From a virus: a stretch of 64,000 bases of DNA. Under the pieces are notes generated by a model. That model did no database searches and was not told where the DNA came from. It saw only the letters and a program-made list of their open reading frames with translations. The stretch is from the IMG/VR virus record IMGVR_UViG_3300024999_000042. One strand, 5' to 3'. A program made the position numbers and the translations under genes. Below are positions 19,822-28,644 of the stretch, in pieces; within the stretch, counting starts at the first letter, position 1; each line of letters begins with the position of its first letter.

Positions 19822-20113
19822 GTTTTGGTGAGTATGTGGTAATGTTTGTGGTATTGGGTTAGTATAGAGGAAAGTTTGGGGTATACCGCATATTTGATGT
19901 ATTATATCTAAAATATCACAAATTATCACAAATTATCATCAATCTAAGCCTTTAAAAATAATGTTTGGTGTGATTATAAGGGTATTATTTATTATGTTTG
20001 TTTTAGTCCAAAGATTTGGGATAAATTACTATACATAATAGACAATTATGGTTCAATAAGATTAACCATGAAACATTTGCAGACATTGATAAAGATTGAA
20101 GGTGATTATCTAA

Positions 20114-20356
20114 ATGCTTAATAAAGTTGAGGTGGAAATTTTACATCACATGTTGCAAAACAAACTTACTGATCAAATCAATAGTCGTACAATTCGCAAT
20201 ATTTCTAAGGGGATTGAAATCAATTATTACAGAACTCGCAATTATGTGAATCACTTGAAGCTTTTAGGTCTGTTGGACTCTGGATTCAAAGAATTAAATT
20301 CAGGTACATTTTACATTACAGCTAAAGGAGTTGAAATGATTGAAACAAAAACCTGA
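20114..20356 (+). CDS. winged-helix DNA-binding protein
   Basis: TIRNISKGIEINYYRTRNYVNHLKLLGLL...FYITAKG. Confidence 0.7.
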   Translation: MLNKVEVEILHHMLQNKLTDQINSRTIRNISKGIEINYYRTRNYVNHLKLLGLLDSGFKELNSGTFYITAKGVEMIETKT

Positions 20357-20567
20357 ATGCAAAATCATATGTAACGAAGGTAATGATTTATTTGATCTTA
20401 TCATAAATGAGGTTTTAAAATGTCTTATGAATCTTGAATACTTACATCTATATGATGATTATTTTTTCAAAGTTCATTGTGAAACTAGTTGTGAAGATGT
20501 TTTAAAACTAAGTTTAGATTATGTTAATTTTATTTTTGTTTATGAGTGCGGAGGAGGGAATTATTAA
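20340..20567 (+). CDS. hypothetical protein
   Basis: ORF track, coupled start. Confidence 0.55.
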   Translation: MKQKPECKIICNEGNDLFDLIINEVLKCLMNLEYLHLYDDYFFKVHCETSCEDVLKLSLDYVNFIFVYECGGGNY

Positions 20568-20788
20568 TAAAGAAATCAATTAAGGTAATTAAATCAAGAA
20601 ATCTAATTAAAATTGAAGGTAAAACTGATGCAGAATTGTATGAAGATTTTACAAGAAGAGTTAATGACTTATATACAATTAGTAAATATTATGAGGAAAA
20701 TAATCTTAAAATGCCTGTATGGGTTGAGGATAAGATTATTGGGATGGGTGAGTTGATTGAGAAGTTGGATATTTTGAGGAGGAGATGA
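20546..20788 (+). CDS. hypothetical protein
   Basis: ORF track. Confidence 0.5.
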   Translation: MRRRELLIKKSIKVIKSRNLIKIEGKTDAELYEDFTRRVNDLYTISKYYEENNLKMPVWVEDKIIGMGELIEKLDILRRR

Positions 20789-20792
20789 ATTA

Positions 20793-20993
20793 ATGCTTAA
20801 ACAACTTATATCTGATGTTCAAAAGCAAATTCATAGTGTTTTTGTAGGTAGGGCAATTATTAGACCACCTTTTATCAATGAAGAAGAATTAATTGATTTT
20901 ACTGTTAAATTAACAGATATTGATAGGAAAACTGTGTCTAGGGTATTGGAAGCTGAATTTGTTTTTCTTAGATTGAAAGGGGTTGTTGAGTGA
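20793..20993 (+). CDS. small protein resembling the HU dimerisation helices
   Basis: INEEELIDFTVKLTDIDRKTVSRVLEA; paralog of 25011..25178. Confidence 0.6.
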   Translation: MLKQLISDVQKQIHSVFVGRAIIRPPFINEEELIDFTVKLTDIDRKTVSRVLEAEFVFLRLKGVVE

Positions 20994-21156
20994 TAATTTT
21001 GTGATGTTTGAATGTTTTATTAAATATGAGCAAAAAATAATCCCCAATAAGGGGATTTGGTGAGAGGGTATATTTCAGCTATGGTTTCATCTTTCCATGA
21101 AATGCTTCATGTTCAAATGAATATGCCCTCTATGCTTGAATTATGCCAGTACATGA

Positions 21157-21249
21157 TTAAAATAATCCACTGCCAATATTTACTATCTGAATTATTGAAT
21201 ATCCAAACCCTACTAAACCTGTTAAAACTAATCCTGCTCCTAAAATCAT
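21157..21249 (-). CDS. 30-aa hydrophobic peptide
   Basis: AAGGAGGT RBS; MILGAGLVLTGLVGFGYSIIQIVNIGSGLF. Confidence 0.5.
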   Translation of the reverse strand: MILGAGLVLTGLVGFGYSIIQIVNIGSGLF

Positions 21250-21372
21250 ATTAATTACCTCCTTAAAATTTTGATTTATTTTTTATGTTGTTTAAAATGA
21301 TTTCTCGCTCACGACCATAATTGTATTGTGTCCTAATTAGATTAATTTATACATGGAAAGGAAGATTAATTT

Positions 21373-21483
21373 ATGAAGATTTTAGAAACTTTATTAAATA
21401 TTGCTTCATACGCATTATTAGCTATGATATCAGTAACGCTTGTTAAATTAGGTATTAAGATTTATAAGTTCAAAAGGAGGTAG
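21373..21483 (+). CDS. 36-aa single-TM peptide
   Basis: MKILETLLNIASYALLAMISVTLVKLGIKIYKFKRR. Confidence 0.55.
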   Translation: MKILETLLNIASYALLAMISVTLVKLGIKIYKFKRR

Positions 21484-21489
21484 TAACTC

Positions 21490-21714
21490 ATGCTTGTTGA
21501 AGCATTTAGAACATCTATATTTCCTTATCTTGTAGAGATAGCGGTCATAATGTTCGTGTATAGTTTATGTGGCCTCGGTTACACAATGTTCCGTAGACCT
21601 GATTTCCAAATGCTTATTGATAAATTAAAGGGTTATATCTTTGCCTATATGTTAGTTAAAGGAGCATTTGTTATTGTAAATTTCATCGACAAAGTTATCG
21701 ACAAGGTAAAATAG
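21490..21714 (+). CDS. two-TM small protein, pilin/VirB2-like topology
   Basis: Two hydrophobic helices around a basic loop; strong RBS. Confidence 0.6.
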   Translation: MLVEAFRTSIFPYLVEIAVIMFVYSLCGLGYTMFRRPDFQMLIDKLKGYIFAYMLVKGAFVIVNFIDKVIDKVK

Positions 21715-21726
21715 GAGGTTCTAATT

Positions 21727-22056
21727 ATGGCAGGTTTCTTGAGGGATTTATTTATACCAGATCCAAACTTTGACACAATTCCAGAAAGCAATTTCATTGA
21801 AAGAGGTATCAGTAATGGAATTGAAAGAGGATTTGGCAAAGTAGGAGACAACATCATAAATGCAGGTAAAATTAAATCTCAAAATATGGCTCTGCATTTA
21901 CCGGATTTAGCAGGAGTAATATTAATGACTTACTTAATTTATATAGGATACAGATCATTTCTTAAACGAGAAGTTCCAGACTTTTCAAACGTTTATACTT
22001 CAATCATGATATATACAATATTCAGACTATTTTGGAAGGTAATATTGCACATATAA
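21727..22056 (+). CDS. membrane protein
   Basis: Two C-terminal hydrophobic segments. Confidence 0.65.
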   Translation: MAGFLRDLFIPDPNFDTIPESNFIERGISNGIERGFGKVGDNIINAGKIKSQNMALHLPDLAGVILMTYLIYIGYRSFLKREVPDFSNVYTSIMIYTIFRLFWKVILHI

Positions 22057-22070
22057 AGGAGTGAAACCCT

Positions 22071-24446
22071 ATGCAACAAAAATCACTAATCAAAATCAAA
22101 AGTAAAGAATTACTTCGTACAGATTCATTTGAATACGAAACATATACTATTACTCCTTCTAGATTTAATATTGAGTCGTCCAAAAGTTTTGAAGAAATCT
22201 TAAATACAATGACCGCAATTACCGAAGATAAACTTAAATTCGATCATCTTTCTAAATCTGTAGTATACAGTAAACCTGCACCATTTTATTATGAAATTTT
22301 ATATGAAGGAAAAACTTCAGTAAAGTTTAATTATGCTATTCCCAATAAACACAGCAAAGTATTGGTCAATAAAATTGATCGTATATTTAGAACATCTTCA
22401 GTAAAAAAATGTGAGATTGATTATTTTTCTAAATTTATAAACAAATATTATTGTGAATTTCAACAGTCTAAACATTTCATGTATTCATTAAATAGTGATT
22501 ATAGGGAGGGTGGTTTATTAGATGGAATAATGAGTGTTCTAAATAATATTCAAGATGACGATTCTGTACTTTTACAAATTGGAATTTATCCTTTACATGA
22601 AAGCAAATGGAAAGAAAAATGGAAAATAGCAAATGTGAAACAAAAGTCAGGAGAAGAATTAATAGTTCACACTAATCCAATTAATTTTGTACTGGATAGT
22701 TTCTTTAATTTGTCTGAGAGTTTTCTAGATGTTTTTGACCATGTGATGGGAGTAGATACTAAAACAAATGAAAAGGTACAAAAACAAATGGATAAAATGG
22801 GCAAGTGGAAAGATTCACATATGACAACTCAAAAAATCAATTTCAATGGTTATGAAGTACAAATTAGAGTTTATTGTACAAGTGAATATAGAACTAAATA
22901 TTATGGAAGAATTTTTGATTCTGTGTTTAAAATACTTGACGCTGATCAAGAACTTGAATTAGGTAAAATTAAGCAACATAAAAGCAAAAACAGAGAATTT
23001 GGAATGCAATTTAGCAAGCAAATTTGGAGCACAAAGGAGTTAGCACATGTATTCCGACTTCCTGACCGCAGAATGCAAATGGATTATAAGGAAAGTTTAA
23101 CTTCAATTGATATTGTTGAAACTGATATTCCAAAAGAATTGCAGAAAGGCCAAATTATAATTGGAGAAAGCACCTATAAAGGAAATGTGATTCCTGTATT
23201 TTGGAATACAAAAGATTATGCAATGGCGACACAGCATAAAGTTATTATTGGTTTGCAAAGAACCGGAAAAAGTTCATATATTAAATCTTATGCTATTGAG
23301 GCAATGAAAGCAGGACATTCGGTTTTTGTTATTGACACGATAAAAATGTGTTCTGTAGCAAGTGATATAAGAGACTTTTTACCTCCTGAATTTCATGAAA
23401 AAATTATTGTATTAGATTATGGTAATCTTGATTATTTACTTCCTTTGAGTTGGAATGAATTATTAAATGATAGATCAAATAGTGCAAGACAAAAAATGAT
23501 GATTGCAAGTCAAATTTCTGCTAATCTTGAATCTTTTATTGAAACTGTTGGAGGATCTACTACAGATGATAAATTATCTCCAAGAATGAGGAAATTCCTT
23601 TCGGCTGCTTCTAAGCTCGTTTTAAGTCAAGAAGGAACAAATTTAAAAGATATTTTAGATGTTTTACAAGAGAAAGAAATTAGGGACAAGTTTATTGCAA
23701 AATCAGGATTATGTGAAACAAATTTAATTGTTCAAGAGTTAAGAAGATTAGATGACCATAAAACTAATGGGACAAACTATAGTTTAGTTTCTGGGATTTC
23801 AGACAGATATTCTATTTTGCTTAATGATTATATTATGGAACAATTATTATCTGTCAAACCTAATCCAGAAATAGATTTTAAATATTGGAGTGAAAATGGT
23901 TATTGTGTGCTTATTAAAATGCCAGATTTAAAATTTGATAGAAGAAGTTTAAGACCCCTTGTGACCTTCATTTATAGTAAGATATGGCTTTCGATGTTAA
24001 GTAGAGGTGAGCAAGAAGAACCAAGAGTAACACATTGTATTTTAGATGAAGTGCATTCGTTTCCAGAGGTGTGTAATATGTTAAGATCAACTTGTAGGGA
24101 ATCAGCTAAATTTGGCCTTTCTTATGTTTTTACAAATCATATGCTCACAGATTTAAAATCTTTGCTTCCTGCTATTAAAAGTTCAGGCGCATCATTTATG
24201 TTATTTAAAACAACAAAGGAAAATTATAAGATGCTTGAACAAGAATTAGCAGAAGGAGAAGTGACAATCGAAGAAGCTCTTACTACTAAAAAATATCATA
24301 GTATTAACATTGTGAACTATGATAGACAATATTCTGTGTTTACCACTAAAGCCCCTGATTTAATAGAAAAGAGATTTAAGAAATATGATAGGAGTCATTT
24401 AGATTTAGAATGCAGCAAAAGATATGGAACTCCTTTTGAAGAATAA
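22071..24446 (+). CDS. VirD4/HerA/FtsK-superfamily P-loop ATPase
   Basis: Walker A HKVIIGLQRTGKS, VFVID, Walker B CILDEVH, RESAKFGL. Confidence 0.8.
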   Translation: MQQKSLIKIKSKELLRTDSFEYETYTITPSRFNIESSKSFEEILNTMTAITEDKLKFDHLSKSVVYSKPAPFYYEILYEGKTSVKFNYAIPNKHSKVLVNKIDRIFRTSSVKKCEIDYFSKFINKYYCEFQQSKHFMYSLNSDYREGGLLDGIMSVLNNIQDDDSVLLQIGIYPLHESKWKEKWKIANVKQKSGEELIVHTNPINFVLDSFFNLSESFLDVFDHVMGVDTKTNEKVQKQMDKMGKWKDSHMTTQKINFNGYEVQIRVYCTSEYRTKYYGRIFDSVFKILDADQELELGKIKQHKSKNREFGMQFSKQIWSTKELAHVFRLPDRRMQMDYKESLTSIDIVETDIPKELQKGQIIIGESTYKGNVIPVFWNTKDYAMATQHKVIIGLQRTGKSSYIKSYAIEAMKAGHSVFVIDTIKMCSVASDIRDFLPPEFHEKIIVLDYGNLDYLLPLSWNELLNDRSNSARQKMMIASQISANLESFIETVGGSTTDDKLSPRMRKFLSAASKLVLSQEGTNLKDILDVLQEKEIRDKFIAKSGLCETNLIVQELRRLDDHKTNGTNYSLVSGISDRYSILLNDYIMEQLLSVKPNPEIDFKYWSENGYCVLIKMPDLKFDRRSLRPLVTFIYSKIWLSMLSRGEQEEPRVTHCILDEVHSFPEVCNMLRSTCRESAKFGLSYVFTNHMLTDLKSLLPAIKSSGASFMLFKTTKENYKMLEQELAEGEVTIEEALTTKKYHSINIVNYDRQYSVFTTKAPDLIEKRFKKYDRSHLDLECSKRYGTPFEE

Positions 24447-24458
24447 GGAGGTGATATT

Positions 24459-24989
24459 ATGGCAATTACTGATTATCCAATTACTTCTGACTGGAATGAA
24501 ATTGATAATATGCATCCAAATGGTCACACAGGAATTGACTATGCCCTGCCACAGAATACACCATTAGAGGCAATTTCAGATGGAGTTATTATAGGAGTAT
24601 CAACCAATGAAATACTAGGCAACAACATACGTTACAAGACTGCTGAAGGCGAAATTATTGTCTATGGACACTTATCTTCATTCAAAGCAAAAATAGGGGA
24701 TATAGTCCATAAAGGGGATATTATTGGAATGTCGGGTGGTGATCCTAAAATACAACCATCTGGAAGGTCGAGTGGTAGTCATTTACATTTAAGTGTTTAT
24801 AGCACAAATGGAATTCTTGTAGATCCGGCTCCTTATGTATTGAATCAAGTGCAACATAATAATTCTAGTCCATTTTTATTTTCTGTAATGTTGATATTAT
24901 TATTTATTGTACTATGGAAATTTAGACGCTTGTTTATTTATAGCATAGCGATTTTACTAATTATATTAATCATATTCATTGTGTCGTAA
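24459..24989 (+). CDS. M23 metallo-endopeptidase with C-terminal membrane hairpin
   Basis: HTGID, YGHLS, SSGSHLHL, VDP; two TM helices at the C-terminus. Confidence 0.88.
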   Translation: MAITDYPITSDWNEIDNMHPNGHTGIDYALPQNTPLEAISDGVIIGVSTNEILGNNIRYKTAEGEIIVYGHLSSFKAKIGDIVHKGDIIGMSGGDPKIQPSGRSSGSHLHLSVYSTNGILVDPAPYVLNQVQHNNSSPFLFSVMLILLFIVLWKFRRLFIYSIAILLIILIIFIVS

Positions 24990-25010
24990 TAGATAAAAGG
25001 AGTGATAATA

Positions 25011-25178
25011 TTGGGAATGATTAAAAATATTATCGACAATTTTACTAAACAAGAAATTGATATTGATGATTTGATAGATTTTATAGTCGAGGAAACACAT
25101 ATTAGAAGAGATACTATTGAGTTAATTTTGGACACAGAAGAAATTTATTTGAGAATGAAAGGAATTATTATTGATTAA
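25011..25178 (+). CDS. HU-helix-like small protein, paralog of 20793..20993
   Basis: IDIDDLIDFIVEETHIRRDTIELILDTEEIYLRMKGII; not in ORF track. Confidence 0.6.
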   Translation: MGMIKNIIDNFTKQEIDIDDLIDFIVEETHIRRDTIELILDTEEIYLRMKGIIID

Positions 25179-25464
25179 AAACAAAGGAGTGGATATTAAT
25201 GGATGAAACTTCCAGAACATTTATTGAACAAGCGATTAATTTTCTCCAATTGGCTACTGATAAACATGGTAAAATTTCAAAAGAAAAAGTAAGAATTATA
25301 AAGAATGTAATTGAGGAGTTAGAAGATGTTCTGTATGAGATGGAGTGATGAATGTCACTCTTTTCTTTTTGAGGATTATTTTTAATAAATTTTAATAAAA
25401 ACTGGCATTAAAACTTGCGAAACTAATAAAATAGATTATAATAGTGTGAAAGGGTTGATTTTGT

Positions 25465-27006
25465 ATGATTTTTAAATTTGATAAAGGTGGAAATATGAAT
25501 ATGGAAGGAGACATACAGGATATGGTTAAGAAGAAGGATAAGGAAAGGTTTTCTCAGATGGATATTGGTGTGGTTAATCAGGTGAAGGAAGAGGTGATGG
25601 GGATGGTAAATGAAACTCAAAGTCAAGTTGCTGTTGGATTTAATGAAGTTTTGGATGAGAATGAGGATGCAGATATGATTCAACAGCATGAAATGGAATT
25701 AGTTAAGGAAATGGAAGGTGAGAGTGATAAGGTTTGGGATAAAGGGAGCAGAGATGGTGAGGAAATGCCCCCAATGATGACTTTGAGTGAAAAAACTAAA
25801 TTAGAGGAGTCAGGTGGTGGCGACAAGGAACAAATTCCGAAAGAGGAATTTAATGAAGAATATAGTGAAACTCAAAGAAAAAAAGATGAGTTAACGAAAA
25901 AACGTGAAATGAAAAAACTTAAACAAGAATTAAAACAAAATGACTTAAAATTAAAAGAAAGTACAAGTTGGTCGTTCCCTTTGGTTGTTCCATGTTCTCG
26001 TAGAGGGGAAATAAAAAAATATGTCACTGTAATATCAGCTTATGATCTTGCCTCTTGGTTTGAAAATTCCATAATAAAATTTATTCCTAGTATTCAACGT
26101 GGTTCAAAATTATCATCTTCAGGACAAGAAAAAGATAATTTTTCACCAAAACACGTAATGGAAATATTTAATGCTTTTACACAAGATAAAATTCATGGAA
26201 ATACGATTGTCCTTAACTATTCACTAGACAATGAATCTGAACTTGTATATATACCTGAAGAAAACAGTATTTCTGGTGATGGTTATCTTCAAGGGGTAGA
26301 TTTCAGCCATCGTGCTAGGGCTGCAGTGAAATGGAAATCGGCTTGGGTTAAGAACCCAGACCAATATGAAGACCCTAGAGAATATCAATTCAACTGCGAA
26401 GTAAATAATCTTAGTGATGACGATGCGCGTGAAATGTTCGCTGAGTACAACAATTACTCTTTAAAAGTAAATCCTACTAGAATTAGCTATTTAGGAAATA
26501 CTAATTTTTCAAATAAAATTACAAGAAAAATTGAATCAGATTCAGATTGGAAAGGGAAGATTGAAACAGTTAGCACAACCATAAAATCATCAAGTCCTAA
26601 TATTTGTACTTTTGGAGTATTAAATAGTGCAATACGGAAAAATTATAACCCTCAAACTAAATTAGAGCAAAAAAATATTGAAAATTGGTTAATAGAATAT
26701 ATTGATGAACTTGTATCAATATTTCCACAATTCATGGCTAATTCTAATTTAGAAGCTCGTAATAATTTAAAGAAGTTGTATTTCACAATTGAACCTCTCG
26801 CTATGGGAGCATTGATTGCATTGAGTGCTGTTTTAAAAGATGATCCAGATTGGAAGATTAAACTTGCTAAATTAGCAAAAGATGATTTCTTTTTAAGAAC
26901 AGATAAGCGTTGGAGACCAGTCCTTAAAGAAGGTGGAAAAATTATCAATGGAACATCGAGCGTTAAGTATTTTAATGAAACTGTCATAAACTGGTGTACT
27001 AAGTAA
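25465..27006 (+). CDS. DndB/DGQHR-like (ParB-superfamily) protein with acidic N-terminal extension
   Basis: IQRG, LQGVDFSHR (DGQHR variant), MFAEYNN; start may be near 25522. Confidence 0.65.
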   Translation: MIFKFDKGGNMNMEGDIQDMVKKKDKERFSQMDIGVVNQVKEEVMGMVNETQSQVAVGFNEVLDENEDADMIQQHEMELVKEMEGESDKVWDKGSRDGEEMPPMMTLSEKTKLEESGGGDKEQIPKEEFNEEYSETQRKKDELTKKREMKKLKQELKQNDLKLKESTSWSFPLVVPCSRRGEIKKYVTVISAYDLASWFENSIIKFIPSIQRGSKLSSSGQEKDNFSPKHVMEIFNAFTQDKIHGNTIVLNYSLDNESELVYIPEENSISGDGYLQGVDFSHRARAAVKWKSAWVKNPDQYEDPREYQFNCEVNNLSDDDAREMFAEYNNYSLKVNPTRISYLGNTNFSNKITRKIESDSDWKGKIETVSTTIKSSSPNICTFGVLNSAIRKNYNPQTKLEQKNIENWLIEYIDELVSIFPQFMANSNLEARNNLKKLYFTIEPLAMGALIALSAVLKDDPDWKIKLAKLAKDDFFLRTDKRWRPVLKEGGKIINGTSSVKYFNETVINWCTK

Positions 27007-27018
27007 AAATGAAAAAAT

Positions 27019-27051
27019 AGAGGATATCACAAATTAATGTGGCATCCTCTA
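27019..27051. terminator. bidirectional terminator
   Basis: AGAGGATATCAC-AAATTAAT-GTGGCATCCTCT between convergent genes. Confidence 0.65.
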
Positions 27052-27060
27052 TTTAATAAA

Positions 27061-27846
27061 TTAAGCTTTTATTTTACCTGCAAATCTCAAATGTCCAAAG
27101 TCATAATCTTCTTCATATTTACTTGTTATTATTTTACCATTATCATAATCAAAAATAACTCTGTGAAAATCTTTAAGGACTTCTCTACCTTTTTTAAACA
27201 TTTCTAATATAACTTCGTCTGTAGGAGTATAATCTCTTCTAGATATTATTCTTATTTCTTTCCATCCTTTTTTAACTAAAACAAAGAAACGTCTTTGTTC
27301 TTTTACGTCAAAATATTTTTGAGTGACATTTCCCATCTTTACATTTAAGTTATGTCCTCCACCATCATATTCACAATAAATCATTTCGTCAGGGAAAGCC
27401 ATATCTAACCACAATCTATCTTCGACAGAATAATTTATTTCTCCATTAACTAAATTGCATATGTATCTTTGCATTTTTGAACTGGCTTTTCCAAATTGTT
27501 TAGTTCTTTCTTTTACATCATCAAAATGAAAATTATATTTTGTACCATATGTAATTGCATTAGATTCTTGAGTCTTTTTATTTTGACATTCATTACAACA
27601 ATCTTTTTTGATAACACCATTCCTACTTCTATTAAATTCTTTCCAATGTGGAAAAATATGTTTCTCTATTCCTTCCTCTAAACAATAATCACATAATACA
27701 TCTACTTTTACATGCGATCCTTTTGTCAAGTGTTCTACTTTAACTTCAAATTCATCCTTCATTCCAGTACATACATAACCTAAACCAACATAATGCATAT
27801 ATGTTTTTGCATTCCACGTAGCCATTACTGTTTTACTAATTAACAT
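27061..27846 (-). CDS. homing-endonuclease-like protein (Zn module + Vsr/DUF559-like nuclease)
   Basis: CDYC...CNEC; WLDMAF..IYCEYDGGGH; GWKEIRI. Confidence 0.7.
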   Translation of the reverse strand: MLISKTVMATWNAKTYMHYVGLGYVCTGMKDEFEVKVEHLTKGSHVKVDVLCDYCLEEGIEKHIFPHWKEFNRSRNGVIKKDCCNECQNKKTQESNAITYGTKYNFHFDDVKERTKQFGKASSKMQRYICNLVNGEINYSVEDRLWLDMAFPDEMIYCEYDGGGHNLNVKMGNVTQKYFDVKEQRRFFVLVKKGWKEIRIISRRDYTPTDEVILEMFKKGREVLKDFHRVIFDYDNGKIITSKYEEDYDFGHLRFAGKIKA

Positions 27847-28388
27847 TATTAATCATCCTTCTTTCCCTTTAATAAAGATTTTTACAAATGGAATAAGACG
27901 CTCCACTGTTAAAGGCAGTAAGCGTCTTGTTTTACACTCAAAATTATCAAACTCTCATCCAATAATTCATCAGGTATCGATCCCTGAAGTAGTAACCAAA
28001 ATTATTATTTTTATAATTCCAACTCAAACCTCCACAACCCAAAAAAGAGAAGTCCTCTCAGACTTCCCCTACAAACCAAACAATATAAAATTAAATTAAA
28101 TATTCCCAAAACACAAAAATTCCTAACTACTTTAATTGTGGTTAGGAATTTATAATTCTTTCATTATGTAATTATTTCTTTATTATATTTATGTGATAAT
28201 AATTTCTGCAATCATCAAAAGGTAAAAAAATTGAGGAATCCTAAAATTAATTAGAACTCCCTCACAAACAAAAGAAAGAGAGTTGTAAATGAAAATAGAA
28301 AATAATAATAATGAATCATTTACATTTGTATTGTAACATTATTTTTATATTTGTGTCAAGTGTGGTGTTTATTTATTGGTTTATATGT

Positions 28389-28619
28389 TTAAATGTTTGT
28401 TTGATACAATTTCCTACCACACATTGGACAATAATTAATTACCCTATCACCAAGATAACTTGAACCATTATCGTCTATTTCCAACATAATCATTAAGTTA
28501 TCTTCTATATAAATGAAAAATTCTTCATCTTCATTCCATATATTACCTTTATTTGATATAATAATCTCATTAATTTCATCAGATTTATTATTAGAACAAT
28601 ATTTACAATTATTACTCAT
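28389..28619 (-). CDS. small zinc-binding phage protein
   Basis: CKYC...INYCPMCGRKL. Confidence 0.7.
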   Translation of the reverse strand: MSNNCKYCSNNKSDEINEIIISNKGNIWNEDEEFFIYIEDNLMIMLEIDDNGSSYLGDRVINYCPMCGRKLYQTNI

Positions 28620-28644
28620 TAAGTATCCACTCCTTATTTATTAA

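Noticed and set aside
20000-20110. Sporulation sigma-factor promoter for the ATPase operon
   Set aside because: CATAATA is present but no properly spaced -35 element could be identified
21373-24989. Canonical conjugative T4SS
   Set aside because: Only one ATPase; no relaxase, VirB4/VirB6 or recognisable oriT in the window
25465-27006. DNA phosphorothioation system
   Set aside because: No dndA/C/D/E or ssp genes nearby
27930-27990. Hammerhead ribozyme (CUGAUGA on the - strand)
   Set aside because: No correctly placed GAAA core or stems
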